A stretch of DNA of 64,000 bases from Octopus sinensis (Eukaryota): contig NW_021832434.1 in the NCBI RefSeq assembly GCF_006345805.1, positions 1-64,000 of the forward strand. The letters run 5' to 3'. Of this stretch, positions 1-11,976 are shown piece by piece. The number at the start of each line of letters is the position of its first letter. The first letter of the stretch is position 1. The notes under the pieces were generated by a model. It searched no databases and was not told the origin of the DNA. It saw nothing but the letters and a program-made list of their open reading frames with translations. Position numbers and translations under genes: made by a program.

Positions 1-189
1 AGTGCTTCCGAATGTATTCAAACGGAACGTGTTTGTTTAGTAAACATATTGCAGCCTTCTGCTCTACTTCCAATGTAGGGGAATCTCTACACTCTGTTTT
101 GTATGAACAGCAGTTCTGCTGTAAGAATGGGAAAACAGTAGCACACGAAAATCGGTTCATACCACACACACACACATTCGTGTGTGTGT

Positions 190-650
<461 letters not shown>

Positions 651-674
651 CTCCTCTCTATATTATATATATAT

Positions 675-815
675 GGAGGGGTGTTACTGTAGCTTTTTAG
701 CCCCAGGAGATCATCGTCTCCAGTCTAAAGCCAGCTGGAGACGATGATCTCCAGCTGGCTTTAGACTGGAGACGATGATCTCCTGGGACTAAAAAATCTA
801 CAGTAACACCCTTCC
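675..815. repeat. Near-perfect 141-bp palindrome
   Basis: Arms ..CCAGGAGATCATCGTCTCCAGTCTAAAGCCAGCTGGAGA and reverse complement; 6-nt loop. Confidence 0.85.
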
Positions 816-863
816 CTCTTTGTGGTTAGCCATATTGAGATGGCTTTTATACTTTACATATAC

Positions 864-901
<38 letters not shown>

Positions 902-1051
902 TATATGGTGGTTGTCTACTCCTTGTGCAGTGGTTGACCACCTCCTGTACCTACGTCTTAGAACCATCTGATTACATATCTGATTTGGACCACCAAGAGT
1001 TGCAGATAAGTTCTGATCATATCCATCCATCCGTCCGTCCGTCCGTGCATG

Positions 1052-1109
<58 letters not shown>

Positions 1110-1110
1110 C

Positions 1111-1505
1111 TCTCTTTTTACTCTTTTACTTGTTTCAGTCATTTGACTGCGGCCATGCTGGAGCACCGCCTTTAGTAGAGCTATTCGACCCCGGGACTTA
1201 TTCTTTGTAAGCCCAGTACTTATTCTATCGGTCTCTTTTTGCCGAACTGCTAAGTGACGGGGACGTAGACACACCAGCATCGGTTGTCAAGCAATGCTAG
1301 GGGGACAAACACAGACACACAAACATACACATATATATATACGACAGGCTTCTTTCAGTTTCCGTCTACCAAATCCACTCACAAGGCATTGGTCGGCCCG
1401 GGGCTATAGAAGAAGACACCTGCCCAAGATGCCACGCAGTGGGACTGAATCCGGAACCATGTGATTGGTAAACAAGCTACTTTACCACACAGCCACTCCT
1501 GCGCC
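1111..1505 (-). mobile_element. tRNA-derived SINE family 1
   Basis: A box TGGCTGTGTGG, B box GGTTC(C)G..TTCAGTCC, internal (TA/TG)n, (GTAAAAGA)n tail. Confidence 0.85.
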
Positions 1506-1850
1506 TAACATATATATACATATATATAATACATATATATACATACATACATATATACCTGCCTTCGTCTTTTGTTTATTTCCGTAAACCTGCTTTCGTC
1601 TTTTGTCAATTTTCATAAAGCTTCCCGTTACATATACATATATATACATACATACACATATATATACATACATATATATATACATATATATACATACACA
1701 CACATATATATATACATATATATACAAATATATACATACATATATACACATACATATATATACATACATATATATACATATACATACATATATATATATA
1801 TACATACATATGTATACATATACATACATATATATATATATATACATATA

Positions 1851-2075
1851 TGTTTGTGTGTCTGTGTTTGTTCCCCTAGCATTGCTTGACAACCGATGCT
1901 GGTGGTGTGTTTACGTCCCCGTCACTTAGCGGTTCGGCAACAGAGACCGATAGAATAAGTACTGGGCTTACAAAAGAATAAGTCCCGGGGTCGATTTGCT
2001 CGACTAAAAAGGCAGTGCTCCAGCATGGCCGCAGTCAAATGACTGAAACAAGTAAAAAAGTAAAAAAAAAAAAGA
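1851..2075 (+). mobile_element. SINE family 1, 3' half
   Basis: CTAGCATTGCTTGACAACCGATGCTGG..GACTGAAACAAGTAAAA. Confidence 0.8.
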
Positions 2076-2084
2076 GTAATATAC

Positions 2085-2141
2085 ATATGCACCCATATAT
2101 ATACATAACATATATACATACATATCACACACACCACACAC

Positions 2142-2180
<39 letters not shown>

Positions 2181-2333
2181 TATACACACATATATATATA
2201 TATACACATATATATATATATATATACACAATATATTATATATATATATACATATATATATATATACACATATATATATATATATATATACACATATATA
2301 TATATATATAATATATAGTATATATATATATAT

Positions 2334-2365
<32 letters not shown>

Positions 2366-2536
2366 CTATACATATATATATATATTATATATATACATAT
2401 ATATATATTATACATATATATATATATATACATTATTTATACCATATACATATATATATATCAAATCATATAATATCTATAAATAGATATAGCATATATA
2501 ATATCTCTATATATTATATATATATATATATATATT

Positions 2537-2575
<39 letters not shown>

Positions 2576-2675
2576 ATACATATATATATACATATTATAT
2601 ATATATACATATATATATATATAATATATATATATATATAATATATATATATATATACTATATATATATATTATG
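2085..2675. repeat. (TA)n/(TACA)n tract; similar at 1510-1850, 26390-26700, 27255-27590, 52980-53395, 53930-54105
   Basis: Direct reading. Confidence 0.95.
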
Positions 2676-3522
2676 AAAAACACAAGTAAAAATAGAAAAT
2701 GCTAAAATAATTTTAATAGTGAACATTTCAGTACCCGGTTTCGGTCATTTTGAGACCTTTTCCAACTGTACGATTAAATAATTAAATTTAGAAAAATTAG
2801 AAAATTTTTTTTAAAAGAATATTTCTATAGTAGTGTTCAGATTTAAGTGGCATTCTGCCTTTCTCTGACTCCCTTGTTTGGCACTTGTGTGTTCGAGGTA
2901 GTTGTGAGCTCTTGGTAGGGTAGTAGAGAGAAGGATGGTGAGGAAAGGGGGTGGGAGAATCTGGGAGTGCCCCCCTGATGGTCGTATTTTGAATGGTCAG
3001 GGCGGCTGGCAAGTCTCAGTTCAATTCAGGAGAATATTTATATTGACAGGCTTCTTTATAAATTAGCGTAGGTGTTATACTAAAAACAACACACACACGT
3101 CGCCGCGGTGAAACTCCGTTATCAAACATTCTGTACAGTAATTGGGTGAAGGGAGATAACTCCATATCGTTACTGATTTCATTTTCGTCTCAGCTGTTGC
3201 CGTCTTTGCGCTTTTTAGGCGGCAAGCTGGCAGAATCGTTAGCAAACCGGACAGAAATGCTTCACGGCATTTCGTCTTGTCTTTACGTTCTGAGTTCAAA
3301 TCCTGCCGAGGTCGACTAAACTCTTTTTTTTATCATTTCGGGGTCGATAAAATAAATACCGGTCAAGGACTATGGTCGATGTTATCGACTATTCAGTTCC
3401 CTTTAAATTTCCGACCTTGTTCCTGCTGTAGAAAGATTTGTCTCTTATCTTTTACTTGCTACAGTTATTGGACTGCAGCCATGCCGGGGCACCGCCTTGA
3501 CGGGCTTACATATACGCACGCA

Positions 3523-3557
<35 letters not shown>

Positions 3558-3584
3558 GGGGTTGGTCCATCTTCACAGATTACC

Positions 3585-4183
3585 TATTTCTTTACTACCC
3601 ACAAGGAGCTAAACACAAAGAGGACGAACATAGACAGACAAACGGATTAAGTCGATCATATCGACCTCAGTGCGTAACTGGTACTTATTTAATCGACCCC
3701 GAAAGGATGAAAGGCAAAGTCGACCTCGGCGGAATTTAAACTCAGAACGTAACGCAGACGAAATACCTATTTCTTACTACCCCACAAGGGGCTAAGCATA
3801 GAGGGAACAAACAAGGACAGACATAGGTATTAAGTCGATTACATCGACCCCATGAGTAACTGGTACTTATTTAATCGACCCGAAAGGATGAAAGGCAAAG
3901 TCGACCTCGGCGGAATTTGAACTCAGAAACGTAACGGCAGACGAAATACCTATTTCTTTACTACCCACAAGGGGCTAAACACAGAGGGAACAAACAAGGA
4001 CAGACATAGGTATTAAGTCGATTACATCGACCCCAGTGAGTAACTGGTACTTATTTAATCGACTCCGAACGGATGAAAGGCAAAGTCGACCTCGGCGGAA
4101 TTTGAACTCAGAACGTAACGGCAGACGAAATACCGCTAAGCATTTCGCCCGGCCTGCTAACGATTCTGCCAGCTCGCTGCCTT
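3585..4183 (-). mobile_element. tRNA-derived SINE family 2, head plus 3 tandem bodies
   Basis: Head AGCTGGCAGAATCGTTAGC, B box GAGTTCAAATTCC, about 183-bp repeated body; 17-bp TSD CATCTTCACAGATTACC. Confidence 0.85.
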
Positions 4184-4685
4184 CATCTTCACAGATTACC
4201 GCCGTCTCCCAGTGCCTCCTTGTTTTCAATGGCATTTCTGACGTTCCTTCCATGACCTCTCAGATGACTATTCAGTTCGGTTGGAAATTTAAATGGTTTG
4301 AAGCAATGGCTTTTAACCTTTTTTTCGTAGAATTCTTCTTTAGTAACCCCATATAACCCTTCAGAGTTTTTTTGGGGGAATTTTCTGAAGATTTTTGCGA
4401 TTTTGTGTTCCACGCACCGCTCCATTCCACCGAGAAATTTTCTGGAGCTATTTGGCTGTTATTTCTAGCTCATATCAAGACCACCTCTTCGTTTGTTTGT
4501 CCCTCTGACATATTAATGTTTTCCAACATCTTTCTCTCCATAAACACATTTGATGGTCCATTGTTGGGATTTAAACGAAAAATTCGGAATGTCCGTATTT
4601 TAAACTGTGATTTCAAAAAAGAAAATTCGAAAATTTGCTAAATTATTCTGAAAATTCCCAAAAATAAAAAAAAGTTACAAGGCTA

Positions 4686-4856
4686 CAGGAGTGGCTGTGT
4701 GGTAAGTAGCTTGCTAACCAACCACACGGTTCCCGGTTCAGTCCCACTGCAAGCGTCTTCTACTATAGCCTCGGGCCGACCAAGCCTTGTGAGTGGATTT
4801 GGTAGACGGAAACTGAAAGAAGGCCCGTTGTATATATATATATATATATAATATAT

Positions 4857-4895
<39 letters not shown>

Positions 4896-4900
4896 GTGTG

Positions 4901-4970
<70 letters not shown>

Positions 4971-5190
4971 TGTGTGTGTTTGTGTGTCTGTGTTTGTCCC
5001 CTAGCATTGCGTTGACAACCGATGCTGGTGTGTTTATGTCCCCCGTCACTTAGCGGTTCAGCAAAAGAGACCGATAGAATAAGTACTATGCTTACAAGAT
5101 AAGTCCTGGGGTCGAGTTGCTCGATTAAAGGCGGTGCTCCAGCATGGCCGCAGTCAAAATGACTGAAACAAGAAAAAAGAAAAAAAAAAA
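4686..5190 (+). mobile_element. SINE family 1
   Basis: Near full length with expanded TA tract. Confidence 0.85.
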
Positions 5191-5492
5191 AGAGAAAATA
5201 AGAGGGGTTATAGGGGCGGGGTGCTTAAAGCTTCCCTTACTTGTAGTAGCGACCCCTTTTTAAGTAGTTGTTATGTCTAGCATACACCGAAGTGGTGAGT
5301 AATGTATAATGACTAAACTAACTTAACATCAATCACAATTCATAAATTTTACTCAAAAATTGTAAAAAACTTTTCACACCGAAATAATTTAAAAAATGAA
5401 AACAAAAGTTGTATAAATTTATTTTATACATCGCAGTTTAATGTCTTCCCTGGGCCCGATGTGATCCAATGAAATTTTCTATATTTGCATCA

Positions 5493-7267
5493 CCGGTCTG
5501 GAACCCCTATCTTGCCCAGGATATCAATCGTCTGGAAGCCGTTCAGCGATGTGCAACCAAAAGAATACCCCCCATCAGGCATTTGCCATATTCTGAACGC
5601 CTTACTTCCCTGGGCATGGATACATTGAAACTCCAATGTCTGGCAGCTGACTTGGCAGACACCCATAAAATTATTAACCCTCTTACAACAATAACAACTG
5701 ACACTCTGAGCACCTTTTCAAACTCCACCGTCTAACTAAATACCGGTCTGGAACCCCTATCTTGCCCGGATATCAATCGTCTGGAAGCTGTTCAGCGATG
5801 TGCAACCAAAAGAATACCCCCATCAGGCATTTGCCTATTCTGAACGCCTTACTTTCCCTGGGCATGGATACATTGAAACTCAATGTCTGGCAGCTGACTT
5901 GGCAGACCCATAAAATTATTAACCCTCTTACAAAACAATAACTCTGAGCACCTTTTCAAACTCCATCCCTCTAACAAAAAATACCGGTCTGGAACCCCTA
6001 TCTTGCCCAGGATATCAATCGTCTGGAAGCTGTTCAGCGACGTGCAACCAAAAGAATACACCCCATCAGGCATTTGCCATATTCTGAACGCCTCACTTCC
6101 CTGGGCATGGACACATTGAAACTCCAATGTCTGGCAGCTGACTTGGCAGACACCCATAAAATTATTAACCCTCTTACAAACAATAACTCTGAGCACCTTT
6201 TCAAACTCCACCCGTCTAACAAAAGACCGGTCTGGAACCCCTATCTTGCCCAGGATATCAATCGTCTGGAAGCCGTTCAGCGACGTGCAACCAAAAGAAT
6301 ACCCCCCATCAGGCATTTGCCATATTCTGAACGCCTTACTTCCCTGGGCATGGATACATTGAAACTCCAATGTCTGGCAGCTGACTTGGCAGACACCCAT
6401 AAAATTATTAACCCTCTTACAAACAATAACTCTGAGCACCTTTTCAAACTCCACCCGTCTAACAAAATACCGGTCTGGAACCCCTATCTTGCCCAGGATA
6501 TAAATCGTCTGGAAGCCGTTCAGTGACGTGCAACCAAAAGAATACCCCCCCCCCGTCAGGCATTTGCCATATTCTGAACGCCTTACTTCCCTGGGCATGG
6601 ATACATTGAAACTCCAATGTCTGGCAGCTGACTTGGCAGACACCCATAAAATTATTAACCCTCTTACAAACAATAACTCTGAGCACCTTTTCAAACTCCA
6701 CCCGTCTAACAAAATACCGGTCTGGAACCCCTATCTTGCCCAGGATATCAATCGTCTGGAAGCTGTTCAGAGACGTGCAACCAAAAGAATACCCTTCATC
6801 AGGCATTTGCCATATCCTGAACGCCTTACTTCCCTGGGCATGGACACATTGAAACTCCGACGTCTGGCAGCTAACTTGGCAGACACCCATAAAATTATCA
6901 ACCATCTTACAAACAATAACTCTGAGCACCTTTTCAAACTCCACCCGTCTAACAAAAGACCGGTCTGGAACCCCTATCTTGCCCAGGATATCAATCGTCT
7001 GGAAGCTGTTCAGAGACGTGCAACCAAAAGAATACCCTTCATCAGGCATTTGCCATATCCTGAACGCCTTACTTCCCTGGGCATGGACACATTGAAACTC
7101 CGACGTCTGGCAGCTAACTTGGCAGACACCCATAAAATTATCAACCATCTTACAAACAATAACTCTGAGCACCTTTTCAAACTCCACCCGTCTAACACCC
7201 ATGGACATATTTACAAAGTCGGAAAACAGCACAGCTCCCATGACTTTAGGAAGCATTTTTTCACGCT
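5493..7267 (+). mobile_element. Tandem array (7 x about 243 bp) of a CR1-clade LINE ORF2 C-terminal fragment
   Basis: Units start CCGGTCTGGAACCCC at about 5493, 5743, 5984, 6227, 6470, 6717, 6960. They encode PVWNPYLAQDINRLEAVQRRATKR..RRLAADL; the last continues ..[12 protein letters not shown], matching the CR1 pattern VWSP..LERVQRRATK..RRLRGDL..TRGH. Confidence 0.85.
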
Positions 7268-7417
7268 ATGTATGTATGTATGTATGTATGTATGTATGTA
7301 TGTATTCATGTATGTATGTATGTAAGTATGCATGTATGTATGTATGTATGTATGTATTCATGTATGTATGTATGTAAGTATGCATGTATGTGTGTATGTA
7401 TGTAGTATGTATGTATG

Positions 7418-7451
<34 letters not shown>

Positions 7452-7869
7452 CGTGAGTGTATGTATGTATGTATGTATGTATGCATGCATGTATATATGT
7501 ATGTATGCATGCATGTATGTATTCATGTATGTATGTATGTAAGTATGCATGTATGTATGTATGTATGTATGTATGTATGTATGTATGTATGTATGCATGT
7601 ATGTATGTATGTATGTGTGTGTATGTATGTATGTATGCATGCATATATGTATGTATGCATGTATGTATGTATGCATATATGTATGCATGTATGTTTATAT
7701 GTATGTATGTATGCATGTATGTATGTATTCATGCATGCATGTATATATGTATGTATATATGTATGTATGTATGCATGTATGTATGCATATATGTATGCAT
7801 GTATGTATATATGTATGCATGCATGCATATATGTATGCATGTATGATGTATGTATGTATGTAGTGTATG

Positions 7870-7903
<34 letters not shown>

Positions 7904-8340
7904 CGTGAGTAGTATGTATGTATGTATGTATGATGCATGTATATATGTATGTATGCATGCATGTATGTATTCATGTTATGTATGTATGATAAGTATGCAT
8001 GTATGTATGTATGTATGTATGTATGTATGTATGTATGTATGTATGCATGTATGTATGTGTGTGTAGTATGTATGTATGTGTATATGTATGTTGCATGTTG
8101 TATGTATGCATATATGTTGCATGTATGCATTTTTATGTATGAATGTATGTTGTATGTGTAGCTGTATGTATGAGTATGTATGTATTCATGCATGCATGTA
8201 TATATGTAGTATATATGTATGTATGTATGCATGTATGTATGCATATATGATGCATGTAGTATTTAATGTATGCATGCATGCTTATGTATGCATGTATGTA
8301 TGTATGTATGTATGTATGCACGTATGTGTGTGTGTGTGTG
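7268..8340. repeat. (TATG)n degenerate microsatellite
   Basis: Direct reading. Confidence 0.95.
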
Positions 8341-8464
8341 TTACGTTGAGGCGACAAAATCTTCCGAGTTGGAGAGATGAGGTCATAACGCCATACACCA
8401 AAATCACTTAACGAGTGTTATAGCAGAGTTATCTCCCTTACCCATCAGTCGCGAATTCATTCTG

Positions 8465-8480
8465 TGACGTCATAAGCAAC
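8465..8480 (+). promoter_or_regulatory. CRE palindrome TGACGTCA adjoining an RFX-like half site AGCAAC
   Basis: TGACGTCATAAGCAAC about 640 bp upstream of the CFAP95 ATG, in a unique-sequence island; motif match only. Confidence 0.2.
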
Positions 8481-8559
8481 TTGATCGAATTGTTTCTTGT
8501 CCTTCATATAAGAACATACATACATACGATACCGGTAATAAATACACACACACACACAA

Positions 8560-8591
<32 letters not shown>

Positions 8592-9111
8592 GCATACGCA
8601 CACACACACACACACACACACATACATACACATAGGTACGCACACAAACACTGATATATTTACAGCTACAAGTGTGTGTGTGTGAGAATGAATGAGTGTG
8701 TGTTGCAGAGGTAAAGAGGAAAAGAAAAAGAGGAAGGGAGAGAAAGAAAGAAAGAAAGAAAGATAGCTAGATAGATAGAGAGAGAGAGAAAGAGAGATGG
8801 AGGGTGAGTGATTGAGAGATAGAGAGGGTGAGTGAGTGAGAGAGAGTGTGAGTGAGTGAGTGAGTGAGTAAGAGAGAAAGAGAGAGGGGGAGAGAAAGGT
8901 AGGACACTAAAAGCGTTTTATGAATTCATTCGTCGAACAGAACGAGTTTCGTCGGAGTTTGAGAGACGAACAGACAGACAGGCTGAGTGACAGACAGACA
9001 GACAGACAGACATACAAGCGGATAAAAAAAGGGGCTTCTCCTAGAAAGGCTGTGAGGGAGCAAACAGACGCAGGGGCCAGTGAAAGGGAGTGAAAAAAAG
9101 AAAGGGGCACA

Positions 9112-9191
9112 ATGACGGGTTACGAAGAAGATGATTTTATCAATTCGGCAAAACTGATGGAATATTCTCCCTACGTACTACAGAGCAGCTG
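9112..9191 (+). CDS. CFAP95: CFAP95-like exon 1
   Basis: MTGYEEDDFINSAKLMEYSPYVLQSS+TG; donor GTAAAT; ends phase 2. Confidence 0.75.
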
Positions 9192-10597
9192 GTAAATCGA
9201 TGCGGCGGCAATCTTTCGTTTCTAGTAGACCTTTCCGTCAATTTCCGTAAAAAAACTTTTTCTTTTTTTTTTTTTTTACATATGGGCTTGCGGGAACTTT
9301 TGAAGTAATGAGAGCGAAAGAGACTAAGAGAAAGCGATTGTATGACGAGGGAAGTTCTTTTGAAGTTACCGTGCATGGGAAGCATTGATGGACATGTGTG
9401 TGTGTGTGTGTGTGTGTGTGTTTGATGGGGTGTGGGAGACAGACAGTATGTTGTGTAAGTGAAGTGCTTCTGTTAGTGTGTGTGAAGAGACAGAGTAATG
9501 TGTGAAAGAAAGAGATAACTGAAATTTTTTACTCGGTGTTGTATGTGTATGTATGTATATTACTTCAAAAGTTCCCGCAAGCCCATATGTAAAAAAAAAA
9601 AAAATTTTTTTACGGAAATCGACGGAAAGGTCTACTAGAGACGAAAGATCGCCGATGTGGGCTTCCGGTTTAATTGTAGAGTGATGTAGGAAAGGAAAGA
9701 AAGAAAGAAAGAGAGAGAGAGATGAAATGAGGTTGAGGTGGAGGACAGACCAGGGATCTTTTCCTTTTGAACAGCAGTTTTCAACACAATTTCTAGTTAA
9801 CTAAACACTTTTAAACTTCGTATACAGGTAGAATGTGTTTATAAAACATCATTTTTTTCTTGGCTTTATTGAGAAAATTCTATAGTTTGTAACATATTTC
9901 CACTTTAATTTCAAGCATTTCGGCAATTTTAACCAATCAAATACATCCATTTGGGGTGAAAACATACCGTGCTGTATGAATATGTTCCTTGTTTAAGAAA
10001 CAGATTGGGCTTATTTACAATTGCAAAGAAAAAAAATACCCTTCCCCCACCCCAACCCTAACCCTAACCCTAAAGCAGATTGAAATGCAATAGATCGATA
10101 CTAGGGTTATAATTATGGGTGACATTTTCATTTGACACTGCTAGAAAAAAATCCCATTTTCCGTAGTGGTGTCGTATGAAATTGTCACCCATAATTATAA
10201 CCCTAGTATTGATCTATTGCATTTCAATCTATTTTAGGGTTAGAGTTAGGGTTAGGGGAAGGGTATCTTTTTTTTCTTCTCAAATGTAAATAAACCCAAT
10301 CTGTTTCTTAAACGAGGGACATATTCATAGAGCACGGTATGTTTTGACTCCAAATGGACGTATTTGATTGGTTAAAATTGCCGAAATGCTCGATTTTAAA
10401 GTGGAAATATCTTACAAACTATAGAATTTTCTCAATAAAGCCAAGAAAAATGATGTTTTACAAACACAGGCGCAGGAGTGGCTGTGTGGTAAGTAGCTTG
10501 CATGGCATCTTGGGCAAGTGTCTTCTGCTATAGTCCTGGGCCGACCAATGCCTTGTAAGTGGATTTGGTAGACGGAAACTGAAGAAAGCCCGTCATA

Positions 10598-10644
<47 letters not shown>

Positions 10645-11383
10645 TTGTGTGTCTGTGTTTGTCCCCCTAGCATTGCTTGACAACCGATGCTGGTGTGTTT
10701 ACGTCCCCGTCACTTAGCGGTTCGGCAAAAGAGACCGATAGAATAAGTACTGGGCTTACAAAAAGAATAAGTCCCGGGGTCGATTTGCTCGACTAAAGGC
10801 GGTGCTCCAGCATGGCCGCAGTCAAATGACTGAAACAAGTAAAAGAGTAAAGAGTAAAGAGTACCAGTATACGAAGTTTAAAAGTGTTTAGTTAACTAGA
10901 ATTTGTGTTGACATCTGCCGTTCAAAAGGAAAAGATCCCAGACCAAGGCTCTGCAACATTTTTTCACTTTTAGTACATTCCTAGGGTGTTTGAAATTCGG
11001 TAGCACACCCGAACTCTAAACATAACTGAAAGTATAGGAGAATAAAATTATATTCAGGTTACCCTGCGGCACACCTAGTATCTTCTTGTGGCACACCAGT
11101 GCGCTGTAGCATACTGGGTGCGTCGCACTGGAATAGAGGCGAAGTGACAGAGGAGAAGATAGAAGAGCTATGACCTAGGATGTGTGTGTATGTTTGTGCA
11201 TGTATATATATATATATATGGGCGCAGGAGTGGCTGTGTGGTAAGTAGCTTGCTTACCAGCCACATGGTTCTGGGTTCAGTCCCACTGCATGGCACCTTG
11301 GGCAGGTGTTTTCTACTATAGCCTCGGGCCGACCAAAGCCTTGTGAGTGGATTTGGTAGACGGAAACTGAAAGAAGCCTGTCG

Positions 11384-11414
<31 letters not shown>

Positions 11415-11617
11415 GTGTGTATATGTTTGTCCCCCTACCCCCAACATCGCTTGACAACGGATGCTGGTGTGTTTATGTCCCCGTCACTTAGCGGTTCGGC
11501 AAAAGAGACCGATAGAATAAGTGAATCAGTACTAGGTTTACAAAGAATAAGTCCTGGAGTTGATTTGCTTGACTAAAGGCAGTGCTCCAGCTGAAACAAG
11601 TAAAAGTGAGTAAAAGA

Positions 11618-11653
<36 letters not shown>

Positions 11654-11698
11654 ATATTTCGGAATGGTCATATTGCCAGTTTAGCCAATATTTAAACG

Positions 11699-11746
<48 letters not shown>

Positions 11747-11945
11747 GACGCCTACTTTGCTCAAGTTTAGAGAAAAGGGAATAAAAAGGGATCTGTAAAA
11801 AGTAGCTCAAAGTTAGGTTTCTTCACATAGAAAACAAAAATAAATAACAGAAAAAAAAACAAGACCTGGTTTGTAAAAATTTTTGGACCTGGGTTTGCAT
11901 CCCCTGAGCAAATTTAATCCCTGAACCAATGTGTGTGTGCATGTA

Positions 11946-11976
<31 letters not shown>

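Noticed and set aside
900-1020. Short unique island after CTTGTGCAG (WLTTSCTYVLEPSD..)
   Set aside because: No donor or homology evidence.
4200-4650. Unique AT-rich segment with partly open minus-strand frames
   Set aside because: Frames broken by stops, no recognisable motif and no consistent splice pair; cannot support an exon.
10055-10258. Telomere-like (TAACCC)n/(GGGTTA)n
   Set aside because: Only about 3 units, symmetric within a MITE's arms; not a telomere or interstitial telomeric array.
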